From: Desulfobacteraceae bacterium
GTDB lineage: Bacteria; Desulfobacterota; DSM-4660; Desulfatiglandales; Desulfatiglandaceae
Assembly (NCBI GenBank): GCA_030642205.1
Contig: DAOWOF010000001.1
Location: 1 to 49,300 of the forward strand
Reading direction: 5' to 3'
DNA length: 49,300 nucleotides
Below the pieces are notes generated by a model. It did no database searches and was not told where the DNA came from. It saw only the letters and a list, made by a program, of their open reading frames with translations. Position 1 is the first letter of the stretch. Each line of letters begins with the position of its first letter. This document shows positions 25,838-37,985 of this stretch, in pieces. A program made the translations under genes and the position numbers.

Positions 25838-25893
25838 TATAGCTTTTGCTTTAGCAGGTAAATCCTTTTTTAACCAACAAGGCATAAAAAAAA

Positions 25894-25916
25894 TGGATAA
25901 GGTTAAACCTTATCCA
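25894..25916. terminator. Bidirectional intrinsic terminator (TGGATAAGG-TTAAA-CCTTATCCA)
   Basis: Perfect 9-bp stem, flanked by an A8 run upstream and a T7 run downstream. It lies between fabH (+) and tRNA-Asp (-). Confidence 0.65.
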
Positions 25917-25924
25917 TTTTTTTA

Positions 25925-26003
25925 TGGCGGGGACGACGAGACTCGAACACGCGACCTCCGGCGTGACAGGCCGGCGTTCTAACCAGAACTGAACTACATC
26001 CCC
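25925..26003 (-). tRNA. tRNA-Asp (anticodon GUC), CCA encoded
   Basis: Manual fold: acceptor GGGGATG/CGTCCCC, anticodon stem CCGGC/GCCGG, loop CTGTCAC, T-loop TTCGAGT. Has an 11-nt D-loop and one U-U mismatch in the T-stem. Confidence 0.88.
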
Positions 26004-26140
26004 AATTCTTCCAAAATTGTTATAATTTCGCTGTCAGGCGAATATTTTAATCCTAGCTCGAAATACGGGGGATATTCCTGAGGTTAAAATTGTTCTTCCT
26101 TGAACTTGAACAAAATTAAAAATATTTTTCAAATGTATCA

Positions 26141-26216
26141 TGGTAGGCGGAACAGGGCTTGAACCTGTGACCCTCGGCTTGTAAGGCCGATGCTCTCCCA
26201 ACTGAGCTACCCGCCC
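26141..26216 (-). tRNA. tRNA-Val (anticodon UAC), CCA encoded
   Basis: Manual fold: GGGCGGG acceptor, anticodon stem TCGGC/GCCGA, loop CTTACAA, T-arm ACAGG-TTCAAGC-CCTGT. Confidence 0.9.
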
Positions 26217-26272
26217 AAGCAACTAGGATTAAATAACAGTTTGGTTCTTTCTTGTCAAGCTATTTCAACAAC

Positions 26273-28756
26273 TCAATGGGCTATTACTTCAGATGTCGTG
26301 GATCCTTTTTTTAGGTGATCTTGAATGCAGAAAGGTTGATACTCCTTTTGCTCTAAAAAAAGAGTTTCACCTTCTTCAAGAACAAGAGCCTCTCTTAGTA
26401 CTTCATCCATATTACTAACAAGAATTATCTCGACTTTTTTCAAAATTTTCTTAGGGATATCGCCAACATCTTTTTTATTTTCAAATGGTATCAACACTTT
26501 GTTAACACCTCCACGATGAGCGGCTATTATCTTTTCTTTAAGTCCTCCTATGGCAAGAATCCTTCCTCTAAGAGTAATTTCACCCGTCATAGCAATGTTA
26601 CAATGTACCGGTTTTTGAATAAGGGCGGAAACAATTGAAGTAGCCAGGGTAATCCCTGCCGAAGGGCCATCCTTTGGGATTGCTCCCTCTGGAACATGTA
26701 CATGAATATCAATCAGCCTGTAAAAATTATCCGGTAGTTGTAATTGTCTCGCCTTGGAGCGCACATAACTGAGGGCAGCCTGCGCTGATTCTTGCATAAC
26801 CTCCCCCAGCTTGCCGGTAAGAGACAGACTTCCTTTTCCGGGCATAATAGTTGCTTCGGTCTGTAAAAGTTCCCCTCCAGCCTCAGTCCATGCAAGGCCT
26901 GTGGTCAAACCAACAGTATCTTTTTCTTCTGCTCGACCATAATTAAATTTAGTAACGCCTAAATATGTTCGAATAGATTGGGCTTTTACCGCTATCTTCT
27001 CATATTTGCCCTCAGTGGCCACTTTTCTGGCAAGCTTACGACAGATGGCTGAGATTTCGCGCTCCAGATTCCTGACACCTGCCTCTCTTGTATAATGCCT
27101 TATTATTTTAAGAATTGCTTTTTCAGTAAAGGAGATATTTTCTATTTTAAGGCCATTTAACGTAATCTGTTTTTTTACCAGGAATTGCTTTGCTATTTCC
27201 AATTTCTCCAATTCAGTATACCCAGGTAATTGAATAATTTCCATCCGATCCTTCAAAGGAGCCGGAATAGAATGAAGACTATTGGCAGTCGTTATAAAAA
27301 AGATATCAGATAAATCATAATCCAGATCCAGATAATGATCATTGAAAGCTGAATTCTGTTCGGGATCAAGAACTTCCAATAAGGCTGATGATGGATCACC
27401 CCTGAAATCGGTACTCATTTTATCGACCTCATCCAAACAGAAAACTGGATTATTAGACCTTGCCTTTTTTAGAAATTGGATAATTTTTCCTGGCAAAGCG
27501 CCTATATAGGTTCTTCTATGCCCCCTTATTTCGGCTTCATCCCGAACACCCCCTAATGAAAGGCGCACAAAATTACGGCTCGTGGCATTGGCGACGGATT
27601 TGGCTAAAGATGTTTTTCCAACTCCCGGAGGTCCAACCAAACACAGAATAGGGCCCCTTAGCTTCTTTGTCAGACTTTGTACAGAAAGATACTCCAGAAT
27701 TCTTTCCTTTGGTTTTTCAAGCCCAAAATGATCATTATGTAAGATTTTTTCAGCTTCTTCAATGTTCAGTTTATCTTTTGTTTTTTTATACCATGGCAGA
27801 GATAAGATCCAATCGATATAATTTCGAACCACAGTTGCCTCTGCAGACATGGGAGACATAAGCTTGAGTTTTTTATATTCCTGATTAGCCCTGACATAAG
27901 CTTCTTTAGAAAGCCTTTTTCGTTTTATGGCTTTTTCAAGTTCAGCCAATTCCGCCTTGAAGTCATCCTGAGTTCCCATCTCCTTATGGATAGCCCGCAT
28001 CTGTTCATTAAGATAATAATCCTTTTGGGTCTTTTCCATCTGCTTCTTGACCCTCTTTCTTAATCGTTGTTCCAGACGAAGGATATCTATTTCATTGCCA
28101 ATCTTTTCAAAAAGCCTCTCTAAGCGAAGATTCAGGTTTTTAGTCTCCAAAATCTCTTGTTTATCACTTACTCCAAGAGCTAAATGGCCTGCAATTGTAT
28201 CTGCCAGACGTAAAGGATCTTCAATAGAGGTCACTTGGGCTATAATTTCTGCCCCAATTTTATTATTCAATTTAGCATATTCTATAAAATTGAGATTAAG
28301 GCTTCGAATTAGAGCTTTGGTTTCAAGATTAGTTTTATTATTAGTTTCAACCTTATCCACCTCTACCAGAAAAAAATCTTCCTGTTCTTTAAATCTCGCT
28401 ATTTTTCCCCTTTCTTTCCCTTCAATGAGTGCCTTTACTGTGCCATCCGGAAGTTTTAGAAGCTGAAGTACAGTACTAAGAGTGCCATGCAAATAGATGT
28501 CATCATTTGAAGGATAATCAATTTTGGCATCTTTCTGGGCGGAAAGGAATATCTCCTTCTGGAGAGACATCGCATATTCAAGTGCCTTAATTGACTTTTC
28601 ACGTCCCACAAAAAGGGGCACTACTACATTTGGAAAAACCACCACATCTCGCAAGGGGAGAAGTGGATATAAAAGACGAGGTTCTTTACCGAAATCATTG
28701 TCTTCTTTTTTTGATAAATTTAACATATCGCTATGCATATCCCACCTTATTTTCAT
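26273..28756 (-). CDS. lon: ATP-dependent Lon protease (LonA), paralogue 2, in the tig-clpP-clpX-lon cluster
   Basis: 827 aa. Has [13 protein letters not shown], Walker [10 protein letters not shown] and PKDGPSAG. The start is ambiguous: ATGs at 28756, 28738 and 28726, and only the last avoids overlap with clpX. Confidence 0.93.
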   Translation of the reverse strand: MKIRWDMHSDMLNLSKKEDNDFGKEPRLLYPLLPLRDVVVFPNVVVPLFVGREKSIKALEYAMSLQKEIFLSAQKDAKIDYPSNDDIYLHGTLSTVLQLLKLPDGTVKALIEGKERGKIARFKEQEDFFLVEVDKVETNNKTNLETKALIRSLNLNFIEYAKLNNKIGAEIIAQVTSIEDPLRLADTIAGHLALGVSDKQEILETKNLNLRLERLFEKIGNEIDILRLEQRLRKRVKKQMEKTQKDYYLNEQMRAIHKEMGTQDDFKAELAELEKAIKRKRLSKEAYVRANQEYKKLKLMSPMSAEATVVRNYIDWILSLPWYKKTKDKLNIEEAEKILHNDHFGLEKPKERILEYLSVQSLTKKLRGPILCLVGPPGVGKTSLAKSVANATSRNFVRLSLGGVRDEAEIRGHRRTYIGALPGKIIQFLKKARSNNPVFCLDEVDKMSTDFRGDPSSALLEVLDPEQNSAFNDHYLDLDYDLSDIFFITTANSLHSIPAPLKDRMEIIQLPGYTELEKLEIAKQFLVKKQITLNGLKIENISFTEKAILKIIRHYTREAGVRNLEREISAICRKLARKVATEGKYEKIAVKAQSIRTYLGVTKFNYGRAEEKDTVGLTTGLAWTEAGGELLQTEATIMPGKGSLSLTGKLGEVMQESAQAALSYVRSKARQLQLPDNFYRLIDIHVHVPEGAIPKDGPSAGITLATSIVSALIQKPVHCNIAMTGEITLRGRILAIGGLKEKIIAAHRGGVNKVLIPFENKKDVGDIPKKILKKVEIILVSNMDEVLREALVLEEGETLFLEQKEYQPFCIQDHLKKGSTTSEVIAH

Positions 28757-29978
28757 AGATTAAAAGGGGTTCATGGTCCTGTAAGATAACATCCTCTCCT
28801 ATAACGCATTCTCTGACGTTAGGAGAAGACGGAATCTCATACATTATATCCAACATTATGGATTCAAGAATTGCTCTTAGACCACGAGCACCGGATTTCC
28901 GATCAAGTGCTTTTTTCCCAATAGCACAAAGTGATGCTTCGGTAAACTTGAGTTCAACGTCTTCTAGTTCAAAGAGTTTTTGATACTGCTTAACAAGTGC
29001 ATTTTTTGGCTCTGTCAAGATTCTAACAAGGGCATCCAAACTTAGTTCATCTAATGTTGATGTGATTGGTATCCGACCAATAAACTCAGGAATAAGTCCG
29101 AATTTAATAAGATCTTCCGGCTGAACCATGGCTAGGATTTGATTTATATCCATGTCATCCTTTCCCTTAATTTCAGCCTCAAAGCCCATTGATTTACTTC
29201 CAATACGATTACGGATAATCTTGTCCAGCCCATTAAACATTCCACCACAGATAAAAAGGATATTTTTGGTATCTACTTTTACAAAATCCTGTTGCGGATG
29301 TTTTCTGCCTCCTTTAGGAGGGACATTGGCTAGAGTTCCTTCAATAATCTTTAAAAGTGCCTGCTGCACACCCTCGCCTGAAACATCACGAGTAATCGAA
29401 GGGCTATCCGATTTACGTGCTATCTTATCTATTTCATCAATATATACAATCCCTTTACAGGCTGATTCGACGTCATAATCTGCCATCTGGACTAAATTTA
29501 AAATTATATTTTCAACATCCTCTCCGACATATCCGGCTTCAGTCAGAGTAGTCGCATCTGCAATAGTAAAGGGTACCTTTAAGATCCGTGCCAAAGTCTG
29601 TGCCAAAAGGGTTTTTCCGGAGCCGGTAGGACCAATCAACAAGATATTACTTTTCTCAATATCGATACCATCCAGATCTACCTTACTGTTTATTCTCTTA
29701 TAATGGTTATAAACGGCAACAGAAAGGACTTTTTTAGATTGATCCTGCTCTATTACATATTGATCGAGAATGTCCTTTATTTCAGAGGGCTTTAACAATT
29801 TTTCATCACTATTTTCAGCTTCCTGGCTATACTCCTCGACTATAATTTCATTACATAATTGTATACATTCATCGCAGATATAAACAGACGGTCCTGCAAT
29901 AAGTTTTTTTACCTCATCCTGACTTTTACCACAGAACGAGCACAACAATTCTTCATTTGAGCCATTATTTTTAGCCAT
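28731..29978 (-). CDS. clpX: ATP-dependent Clp protease ATP-binding subunit ClpX
   Basis: Has the N-terminal zinc ribbon [11 protein letters not shown]...CDEC, Walker A GPTGSGKT and IGF-type loop context. Overlaps the clpP stop by 8 nt. Confidence 0.96.
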   Translation of the reverse strand: MAKNNGSNEELLCSFCGKSQDEVKKLIAGPSVYICDECIQLCNEIIVEEYSQEAENSDEKLLKPSEIKDILDQYVIEQDQSKKVLSVAVYNHYKRINSKVDLDGIDIEKSNILLIGPTGSGKTLLAQTLARILKVPFTIADATTLTEAGYVGEDVENIILNLVQMADYDVESACKGIVYIDEIDKIARKSDSPSITRDVSGEGVQQALLKIIEGTLANVPPKGGRKHPQQDFVKVDTKNILFICGGMFNGLDKIIRNRIGSKSMGFEAEIKGKDDMDINQILAMVQPEDLIKFGLIPEFIGRIPITSTLDELSLDALVRILTEPKNALVKQYQKLFELEDVELKFTEASLCAIGKKALDRKSGARGLRAILESIMLDIMYEIPSSPNVRECVIGEDVILQDHEPLLIYENKVGYA

Positions 29979-30591
29979 GATTAATACCTTCTGAATTCAC
30001 CTTTGTTTGCATTTCTCTGGTGGTAATTATTTTATCAATCACCCCATAATCTTTGGCTTCTTCACTGTTCATGAAAAAATCGCGTTCAGTATCTTTTCGA
30101 ATTTTCTCAATACTTTGGCCTGTATGTTTAGCCAAAATTTCGTTTAGGAGCTCCCGAATTTTCAGGATTTCCCTGGCATGTATATCTATATCTGTGGCCT
30201 GACCTTGAGCGCCCCCCAGTGGTTGATGGATCATAACCCTAGAATGGGGCAAGGCATATCTCTTCCCTTTTGTTCCCGCGGCCAAAAGCAATGCGGCCAT
30301 GCTGGCATTTTGTCCCATACAAATTGTTGTAACATCCGATTTTATATATTGCATGGTATCATATATAGCTAATCCGGCAGTAACAGAACCACCGGGAGAA
30401 TTTATATAAACATTAATATTTTTATCTGGATCCTCTGATTCTAAAAAAAGCATCTGGGCAATAATAATACTGGAAACATCATCATTTACAGTATCCCCTA
30501 AAAAGATGATCCTATCTTTTAAAAGCCTTGAATAAATATCATAGGCTCTCTCTCCTCGACTCGACTGTTCCACAACCATTGGAATTAACAT
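29971..30591 (-). CDS. clpP: ATP-dependent Clp protease proteolytic subunit ClpP
   Basis: Contains [26 protein letters not shown], catalytic Ser context GQNASMAA and IHQPLGG. Confidence 0.96.
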   Translation of the reverse strand: MLIPMVVEQSSRGERAYDIYSRLLKDRIIFLGDTVNDDVSSIIIAQMLFLESEDPDKNINVYINSPGGSVTAGLAIYDTMQYIKSDVTTICMGQNASMAALLLAAGTKGKRYALPHSRVMIHQPLGGAQGQATDIDIHAREILKIRELLNEILAKHTGQSIEKIRKDTERDFFMNSEEAKDYGVIDKIITTREMQTKVNSEGINHG

Positions 30592-30596
30592 GGGGC

Positions 30597-31931
30597 TTAA
30601 TTATTCTCCTTTTGAGAGCTAGATTCATTAATAAAAAAAGCCTTTTCCTTTTCTATTACCTTAGCATGCTCAACAAGGTAACTCAATGTTTTTTCATCTA
30701 ATAGTGTTTGCTTAAAAGCCTCATCATAGTTCCTTGCTTCATGATATTTCTTTAGTGTTTCAGTGTCCTGTCCAGTAGCAACAGCCATGTCCTCATATCC
30801 CCGGGCTAAATCATCATCATTGATGGCTATAGCAGCTTCTTTATCAATAGCCCTTAAAACAATCATACCCTTGACACGCATCTCTGATGCTGGCCGTAGT
30901 TCCTTCCTCATAATATCTTCATTAAGCCCTGCACTTTCAATTGTTGACCCATTGCGGTAAAAGTTTTGTTTAATGGATTGTAACGCATTCTCAATTTCCG
31001 CTTCCACAAGTGTCTGAGGCAATTCAATTTCAACAGTATCGGCAATTTTATTCAAAAGCCTTTGCTGTAGATGATCTTGGATCCTTTTTTCTTCATTGGC
31101 AACTAGAGATTCGTTAACCTTATCCTTGAAATCATCAATAGACTTAATATCATCCCCTAGCTTATTAAAAAAGGTCTCATCCATTTCGGGTAAAACCATC
31201 TCTTCAATATCATGAATCTTGACTTTATATTCAACAGTCTTTCCTGCTAATTGTTGATTTGGATGTTTTTCATCATAACTGACATTAATATTTGTTTCGT
31301 CCCCCTTATTAAGATTAATCAATGCCGTTTCAAATTGGGGATGGAATTGATTGCTCCCTACTTGCAGAGTCATATTTTTAGCCTGATGGCCTTCGATTGC
31401 CTTTCCATTTTCAAATCCTTCAAAGTCCAAAAGAATAAAATCATCTTTTTGTATAGATCGTTGAGGCTCTATTGTTTCTAAAGTCCCATGAGACTGCTGA
31501 ATTTGTTCCATCTGTTTCGATACATCTTCATCTGTAATAGATAATATTTCTTTTTCTACTTCAATGCCAAGATAATCTTTTACCTCAACCTCAGGCTGGA
31601 CCTCCATCACAGCTGAATATTTGAAAATCTCCCCCTGTTTTAGAACTTCCTTTTCAAGTAAGGGTGTCCCTAGAGGAAGGAGATTAACTTCATTCAGTGC
31701 TTGTGGAAAAGACTCATTAATTAATTCTTTCACTAAATCATCTGCAACCTGAGTACCAAACTTCCTCTCCAAAATTTTTCTTGGGATTTTACCTGTTCTA
31801 AATCCTGGAATCTTAACGTTTTTATTTAAATCACCATACGCAGTATTTAATTTTTCATCAACCGTCGTAGAGTCAATTTCAATCAACAGTCTTTTCTTTA
31901 TTGAACTTATACTTTCCAAGCTAGTCTTCAT
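30597..31931 (-). CDS. tig: Trigger factor
   Basis: 444 aa. Has the ribosome-binding signature [13 protein letters not shown] near the N-terminus and lies upstream of clpP-clpX-lon. Confidence 0.93.
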   Translation of the reverse strand: MKTSLESISSIKKRLLIEIDSTTVDEKLNTAYGDLNKNVKIPGFRTGKIPRKILERKFGTQVADDLVKELINESFPQALNEVNLLPLGTPLLEKEVLKQGEIFKYSAVMEVQPEVEVKDYLGIEVEKEILSITDEDVSKQMEQIQQSHGTLETIEPQRSIQKDDFILLDFEGFENGKAIEGHQAKNMTLQVGSNQFHPQFETALINLNKGDETNINVSYDEKHPNQQLAGKTVEYKVKIHDIEEMVLPEMDETFFNKLGDDIKSIDDFKDKVNESLVANEEKRIQDHLQQRLLNKIADTVEIELPQTLVEAEIENALQSIKQNFYRNGSTIESAGLNEDIMRKELRPASEMRVKGMIVLRAIDKEAAIAINDDDLARGYEDMAVATGQDTETLKKYHEARNYDEAFKQTLLDEKTLSYLVEHAKVIEKEKAFFINESSSQKENN

Positions 31932-32442
31932 AAATACCTCTTAATGAGCCCTAAGTCATGAGAACTTTAGTCATTATCTACTAGGGTGTCCACGGCAGAA
32001 AATGCTATATGTTGTTAATTTATTAGAATGGTTACTAAAATTAATAATTATTTTTCCCTTTTCAAGGGAAAGAAACTAAAAAAAACAATGGATCCTTATT
32101 AATATTGTTTAATTCCAGACTTCATGATACGAAGATATCATAAATTTATACTAAACTTCAATCTTATGGAGAATATAAAAAGAATGAAATAACTGTCAAT
32201 ATTAAAATAGTTTCAGATGACCTGGATGCAGGTCTTTACCTGATGAACGTTAATATTTTTATATACCCAGGAAGCTTATAAACCCTGGTTTTTTTCAGTG
32301 AGTGAGCCATGAGCATCAAGACTAAAGCAACTCAGCTATTGATGTTCGGGGCTATCGAAAAATTGCTGGGTGAAATTTTAATTTATACAAATAATATTCA
32401 GTCATTATTGCCTTTAAGGATTAAACACTGTCATTTTATTGA

Positions 32443-32700
32443 TTAGATGCGAAATTCCACACACTCACTTCCATGATTTAATTGCCCATCTTCTTCAATT
32501 ATCCAGGTATCCAGAATTTCTGCCTTAGGTAGTCTGCTCTTAATTTTTTCCAGAATCATTTGCAGACCAACTTGCCCTGATGGTTTAAAAAAAACATTCA
32601 TTATTATAAAGGAATTTGGACATTTATTATATGTTACAAGAAAGGCTCCCGAAGGAGAATTAATAGCCTTTTCCACTTCTTCCAATGTCATTTTTGGCAT
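32443..32700 (-). CDS. Hypothetical 85-aa protein
   Basis: The ORF has GAGG about 11 nt upstream of the ATG. No recognisable motif. It sits isolated in a gene-poor stretch. Confidence 0.4.
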   Translation of the reverse strand: MPKMTLEEVEKAINSPSGAFLVTYNKCPNSFIIMNVFFKPSGQVGLQMILEKIKSRLPKAEILDTWIIEEDGQLNHGSECVEFRI

Positions 32701-33105
32701 ATCAAGAGTGCCTCATATTTTGAAATGAAATGGTTAATACCTCGAAATACTACAAAGTGCATTTTGCATAAAATCTATACATTGACAGAGAGATTGATCA
32801 ACTTGTAAAAACCTGCCATTTCTGCAGCTTTGCTTAATCAAATCGGCCTTATAGCAAAGAAACTTTAGAAATATATAAAAGTTTTATAGGTTCAGATATT
32901 TACTAATTGATCTGACTTGATCTTTATGGCTTTTGCTGTCACATATGGAGCACATATTGCATGAAATATTTCCAGTATTTTTTATACCGAATTAATAACT
33001 GCTTGAAATCTTACAAATTAGTATAGAAATTTTTTGATATTGATTTTCAGTTAAGTTCAATATAAAAGTGACGCTTTATTTTTAAGAGGCAATTAATTTA
33101 TAGGT

Positions 33106-33190
33106 TGGTGCGAGAGGGGGGAGTCGAACCCCCACAGGTAACCCCACTGGATCCTAAGTCCAGCGCGTCTACCAGTTCCGCCACTCTCGC
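33106..33190 (-). tRNA. tRNA-Leu (anticodon UAG), long variable arm, CCA encoded
   Basis: Manual fold: acceptor GCGAGAG/CTCTCGC, anticodon stem CTGGA/TCCAG, loop CTTAGGA, 13-nt variable arm, T-arm GGGGG-TTCGACT-CCCCC. Confidence 0.9.
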
Positions 33191-33624
33191 AAGATGTGAT
33201 AGAAATTGTTTCTGCTAAAATGTTGGTACTGAGACCTTTAAAATATGCCTTTTTTGTCTTCCTTGAGCGTAAACGAACTTGAACTTTTTATCAAGGCTTC
33301 ATGCTCTATGAAAATTCCGAATTCACTTGGCTAAGTAAAAAAAATAATTATAATAATTTGATAATCAATAATTTTTATGTTGTGTTGATGGGAACCCACA
33401 TAGATGTGACTCATTATAAGACATTTAAAATTTAATTCATTAAAGATTATTTTCTCTGATTTTTTCTAATGTGTCAAGGACTTAGATTGATGGCCTCGTA
33501 TTTTTACTAAAAGCTCGGCAGGTCAAGTCCTTAAGGGTTGAGGTTAAAGGATACTAAGCTAGATTTAAAAAATATTTTTGATCTGAATAAGGTCAGCATT
33601 CTCAATGAATATGTTTTAATTTAT

Positions 33625-33654
33625 TTGACAAATTTCCTAGCAATCTATTATAAA
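33625..33654 (+). promoter_or_regulatory. Sigma-70-like promoter (TTGACA-N17/18-TTATAA/TATAAA)
   Basis: The -35 element is at 33625-33630 and the -10 at about 33648-33654, roughly 110 nt upstream of the M23 peptidase start. Confidence 0.3.
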
Positions 33655-33764
33655 AATAATTAAAGTATTAATACAAAGTGCTTAAGATATATAGACCGTT
33701 GGACAATACCAAATAAAAGGGTTTTGCAAATATTGATACCTAAATATTAAACCTCAATAAATCA

Positions 33765-34673
33765 ATGATTAAAATGTTTCATTTAAAAAAAACAACGATT
33801 TTTCTGATTCCTGATGGCAAGAATAGAGTAAAGAAAATTCGATTTTCAAATTTTCTCCTAAACTCTATGGCCTTCATTTTTATTGCTTCTATCCCATGCC
33901 TTATTTGGTTTATATATGATTATACATCAATGAGAGGACAACGCCCACATATAACATTATTGGAATCAGAAAATAATCAGCAAAAACAGCAAATCAAACA
34001 TTTCGCGCAAAGGATAACCAGGATTTCCAAAACGATCAAAGATCTACAAGAATTTGATCGCAAATTAAAGATAATGGTTAATCTGGAAGACGCGGGTGAA
34101 GATACAGGGTATCAGGGCATGGGGGGGTCATCTCCCAACCTCCTCGATCCGAAACTCAATTTAAAAAAACAGGTTCGATTAATGCATAATGCCCTGGATA
34201 GTATTGAAAATGATATTGCTCTGGAGGAGCATGACAAGTTAGAGCTTCTTAAATTCTTTGGAAATCAAAAAAATCTTCTTGCTGCCACACCATCTATTTG
34301 GCCGGTAAAAGGATGGCTTAGTTCACGGTTTGGAAATAGAATTTCACCATTTACAGGCAAGAAAGAATTCCATAAAGGAATTGATATCGCAACCAGGATG
34401 GGGACTCCTATTATTGCACCTGCGGATGGTATTATATCATACATTGGCTGGGATCATGGTTATGGCCGAATGATGACTATAAAACATGGTTATGGCCTGG
34501 TTTCACGCTATGCCCATATAAAAAAAACACTTATAAAAAAGGGGCAATATGTTAAACGTGGAGAGACAATCGCTCTGGTAGGTAATTCAGGACGATCTAC
34601 TGGACCTCATTTACATTACGAAGTCCACCTAAATAAAGTTGCATTAAACCCACTCCATTATATTCTGGATTAA
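33765..34673 (+). CDS. M23-family (LytM-type) metallopeptidase with N-terminal membrane anchor and coiled coil
   Basis: Has HKGIDIA and GNSGRSTGPHLHYEV zinc-ligand motifs and a TM helix at residues ~30-50. Confidence 0.88.
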   Translation: MIKMFHLKKTTIFLIPDGKNRVKKIRFSNFLLNSMAFIFIASIPCLIWFIYDYTSMRGQRPHITLLESENNQQKQQIKHFAQRITRISKTIKDLQEFDRKLKIMVNLEDAGEDTGYQGMGGSSPNLLDPKLNLKKQVRLMHNALDSIENDIALEEHDKLELLKFFGNQKNLLAATPSIWPVKGWLSSRFGNRISPFTGKKEFHKGIDIATRMGTPIIAPADGIISYIGWDHGYGRMMTIKHGYGLVSRYAHIKKTLIKKGQYVKRGETIALVGNSGRSTGPHLHYEVHLNKVALNPLHYILD

Positions 34674-34678
34674 TCTTA

Positions 34679-34814
34679 GGAGTCGTAAAAAGCCTAGTTG
34701 CTAGTTAGTACCTGAACGAAAACTGCTAATTTCTCCAATTTCTGCGCCTTTGTACGAGGCCGGGGAGGGATAGCCCTTCTCAGCCTGGCTGGTTTTGGGC
34801 TTTTTACGAGTTCC
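34679..34814. repeat. 136-nt element bounded by inverted repeats GGAGTCGTAAAAAGCC / GGGCTTTTTACGAGTTCC
   Basis: The 12-bp perfect core TCGTAAAAAGCC pairs across about 100 nt. The interior holds a locally GC-rich stretch (GGCCGGGGAGGGATAGCCCTTCTCAGCCTGGCTGG). A third copy of the arm motif is at 37899-37914. Confidence 0.5.
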
Positions 34815-35035
34815 TTAAATCTATATAGAATATATTTTTTAAAGTCTGGATAGGCAAACCTGAATAAGACATAAAAAAAATAGGCCTGACGCCGAAATTG
34901 AGCGAAAGTGGAAATTTTGCAAAGAGTTAGAAAAGAAGACATCCAGACCAATTAATATAATCGAGGGGGAACGGATAATCCAATCATTAACTTTTTTAAA
35001 GAAATCAATATAACCAATAAAATAACAGGATAGCA

Positions 35036-37894
35036 ATGTTCGGAAAATTTCTCAAAGATCTCTTTGGTAGTAAAAACGAACGTGAACTAAAACAGGTAAC
35101 TCCCCTTGTTGACAATATTAATGCCATAGAGCCAGATTTTAAGGCCCTTTCCGATGATCAGCTTAGGGCAAAAACTTTTGAGTTTAAAGAACGAATTTCT
35201 CGTGGAGAACCTATTGATGGCATCCTTGTTGAAGCCTTTGCCCTAGTAAGAGAAGCTTCAGTCAGAGTACTAAACATGAGGCACTTTGATGTCCAACTGA
35301 TTGGAGGAATATTTCTGCATAATGGAAAAATTGCAGAAATGAAGACTGGTGAGGGGAAAACTCTGGCCGCAACGCTCCCATTATATTTAAATGCATTATC
35401 CGGTAAAGGAGTCCATCTGGTAACCGTTAATGATTATCTTGCCCGGCGAGATGCGGAATGGATGGGGGCGATTTATAATTTTTTATCTCTCTCCGTAGGT
35501 GTAATTGTCCATGGCATGGACGATCAGGAAAGAAAAAAGGCCTATAATTGTGATATAACCTATGGCACGAATAATGAATTTGGCTTTGATTATCTCCGCG
35601 ATAATATGAAATTTGAGGCTAATGATCTGGTACAACGAGGTTTTCATTATGCCATTGTTGATGAGGTCGACAGCATCCTTATTGATGAAGCAAGAACCCC
35701 ATTAATTATCAGCGGCCCAGTGGAAAAAAGTGAAGATGAAAACCGAATTTTTATGGAAGTTAAACCACTGGTAATAAAACTAAAAAATCAGCAGAGCCTT
35801 ATCATTAATTCCTTGTTAGAGGATGTCAAAAATCGGTTACAAAACAATGATACAGATGATAAAACTATTGAAATACTACTTCAAATCAGGAGAGGAGACC
35901 CAAAAAACCAGGATTGTCTAAAAATACTTGCCGAAAAACAGCATCTTAAAAAACATATCGACAAACTGAGCGGAATGCTGAGCGCTCAAAAGATGTTGCC
36001 CGAATTGGACGAAATTCTTTATTGTACCATTGACGAACGAGCTAATTCGGTAGAGCTTACTGAAAAAGGCCTTCAGCTGGTAAGTACCGGAGGTATGGGA
36101 GATTTTATTCTGCCCGATCTGGATGATAGCAGTCACTCCATTCGAGAAGATGACCAACTAACAGCTGAAGAAAAAGATAAACGTCTACAAGAACTTGAAA
36201 TACAATATATTCGGACTTCCGATCTTTTACATGCAACCCAACAATTAATTAAGTCTTATTGGTTATTTGAGAAGGATGTCCATTATGTTGTCAAGGAAGG
36301 GCAGATTGTTATCGTAGATGAATTTACAGGACGAATGATGCCTGGCCGTAGATGGAGTGATGGATTGCATCAAGCTGTAGAGGCCAAAGAAGGAATAAAG
36401 ATCGCAGGTGAAAACCAGACCTTGGCAACGATTACATTTCAGAACTATTTCAGGATGTACGATAAATTAGCAGGAATGACCGGCACTGCCGATACTGAAG
36501 CAGGCGAATTTCGTAATATCTATAATCTTGAGGTTGTGGTCATTCCAACCAATCAAGACATGATCAGAAATGATTTTCCGGATGTAATTTACAAGAGCGA
36601 GAAGGAAAAATTCAAGGCTGCAGCACGGGAGATTAAAGAGCTCTACCAAAAGGGCCAGCCAGTCCTTGTGGGAACCATCTCAATTGAAAAATCCGAGATG
36701 CTAAGCAAGATGCTGAAAAAGGATGGGGTTCCACATTCTGTTTTGAATGCCAAACATCATCAGAAGGAAGCAGAAATCATTGCTAATGCCGGACAGAAAA
36801 AGGTTGTAACTATATCGACAAATATGGCAGGCAGGGGGACTGATATTGTCTTGGGAGAAGGCGTACGAGAATCAGGAGGCCTGCATATTCTAGGGACTGA
36901 AAGGCATGAGAGTCGAAGGGTTGATAATCAGCTAAGAGGCCGATCAGGAAGGCAGGGTGATCCTGGATCATCACGCTTTTATTTGTCCCTGGAGGATGAT
37001 CTGTTAAGAATTTTCGGTTCTGACAGGATCTCCTCCATTATGAGCCGTCTGGGCATGGATGAAGATGAACCGATAGAACATAATCTGATTTCCAGGGGAA
37101 TCGAAAATGCCCAGAAAAAAGTTGAGGGCCATAATTTTGACATCAGGAAGCATTTATTGGAATATGATGATGTCATGAATAAGCACCGCGAGATTATCTA
37201 CTCCTTTAGAAAAGAAGTATTGAGCAGTCAAGAGATTAATGAGATTATTGAAAATATGATTGATGACCAGACTGAAATTCTGGTTGGAAACATAATAGAC
37301 CCCAAGGCCTATCCTGAGGATTGGGATTTAAAAGGGCTAAATGACAGCATAGCAAGAATTTTCGGGACTCGTTTACGGATTGGAGAGCAAGATGTCGAGG
37401 GAATGCCATTTGATGATCTCAAAGTAGAAACTCTGCTCAATCTGATTCAAAAACAGGCCAAGGATTCCTATCAAGAGAAGCAAAATCTTTTTGGCAAAGA
37501 GGACTTTGAAGGGATTGGCCGTTTCTTTATTTTGCAAATTATCGACAATCTATGGATAAAACATCTCCAGAATATGGAACATATGAAGGAGGGTATCGGC
37601 TTGCGTGGCTATGGACAACTGGATCCTCTTAAGGAGTATCAAAAGGAGGGCTTTGCCCTTTTTGAAGAACTCATGGAACAGATTAAAGATGAATCTTTAA
37701 GCACCCTTTTTCGACTGCACTTATTAAAACGGCGCACAGATAATGCACCAAAAAAAGATAAAACATTAAACCTTAGCCATGGAGGGGATTCACCCCGGGA
37801 ACCCATAAAAAGAGACAAACAAAAGATTGGCAGGAATTCACCTTGTCCTTGTGGCAGTGGTAAAAAATATAAAAAATGCTGCGGCGCAAATTAG
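35036..37894 (+). CDS. secA: Preprotein translocase ATPase SecA
   Basis: 952 aa. Has Walker [10 protein letters not shown], the DEAD-like [19 protein letters not shown] and the C-terminal zinc motif [14 protein letters not shown]. Confidence 0.97.
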   Translation: MFGKFLKDLFGSKNERELKQVTPLVDNINAIEPDFKALSDDQLRAKTFEFKERISRGEPIDGILVEAFALVREASVRVLNMRHFDVQLIGGIFLHNGKIAEMKTGEGKTLAATLPLYLNALSGKGVHLVTVNDYLARRDAEWMGAIYNFLSLSVGVIVHGMDDQERKKAYNCDITYGTNNEFGFDYLRDNMKFEANDLVQRGFHYAIVDEVDSILIDEARTPLIISGPVEKSEDENRIFMEVKPLVIKLKNQQSLIINSLLEDVKNRLQNNDTDDKTIEILLQIRRGDPKNQDCLKILAEKQHLKKHIDKLSGMLSAQKMLPELDEILYCTIDERANSVELTEKGLQLVSTGGMGDFILPDLDDSSHSIREDDQLTAEEKDKRLQELEIQYIRTSDLLHATQQLIKSYWLFEKDVHYVVKEGQIVIVDEFTGRMMPGRRWSDGLHQAVEAKEGIKIAGENQTLATITFQNYFRMYDKLAGMTGTADTEAGEFRNIYNLEVVVIPTNQDMIRNDFPDVIYKSEKEKFKAAAREIKELYQKGQPVLVGTISIEKSEMLSKMLKKDGVPHSVLNAKHHQKEAEIIANAGQKKVVTISTNMAGRGTDIVLGEGVRESGGLHILGTERHESRRVDNQLRGRSGRQGDPGSSRFYLSLEDDLLRIFGSDRISSIMSRLGMDEDEPIEHNLISRGIENAQKKVEGHNFDIRKHLLEYDDVMNKHREIIYSFRKEVLSSQEINEIIENMIDDQTEILVGNIIDPKAYPEDWDLKGLNDSIARIFGTRLRIGEQDVEGMPFDDLKVETLLNLIQKQAKDSYQEKQNLFGKEDFEGIGRFFILQIIDNLWIKHLQNMEHMKEGIGLRGYGQLDPLKEYQKEGFALFEELMEQIKDESLSTLFRLHLLKRRTDNAPKKDKTLNLSHGGDSPREPIKRDKQKIGRNSPCPCGSGKKYKKCCGAN

Positions 37895-37917
37895 GATGGA
37901 CTCGTAAAAAGTCCATC
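37895..37917 (+). terminator. Hairpin right after the secA stop (GATGGACT-CGTAAAA-AGTCCATC)
   Basis: Perfect 8-bp stem. It contains the CTCGTAAAAAG motif shared with 34679 and 34797. It is followed by an A-run rather than a U-tract, so terminator function is uncertain. Confidence 0.4.
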
Positions 37918-37985
37918 AAAAATTATTTCTAAAATGAAATCCGGGATTTCTTCGCACCTTATCAATTAAAGTTCATTTATATATC

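Noticed and set aside
26034-26222. 62-aa minus-strand ORF
   Set aside because: Its 5' part is the tRNA-Val gene itself (26141-26216), so it is an artefact.
32309-32446. 45-aa plus-strand ORF (MSIKTKATQLLMFGAIEKLLGEIL...) convergent with the 85-aa ORF
   Set aside because: No SD and no recognisable motif, and it overlaps the 3' end of the opposite ORF. It cannot be supported from sequence alone.
33106-33190. tRNA-Leu as an integration site (att duplication)
   Set aside because: No second copy of the tRNA 3' end and no integrase or recombinase gene was found in the flanking 2 kb.
34694-35036. Two minus-strand ORFs (85 and 65 aa) in the secA upstream spacer
   Set aside because: They have no SD and odd basic or low-complexity composition, and they overlap the inverted-repeat element. 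They are more likely non-coding.
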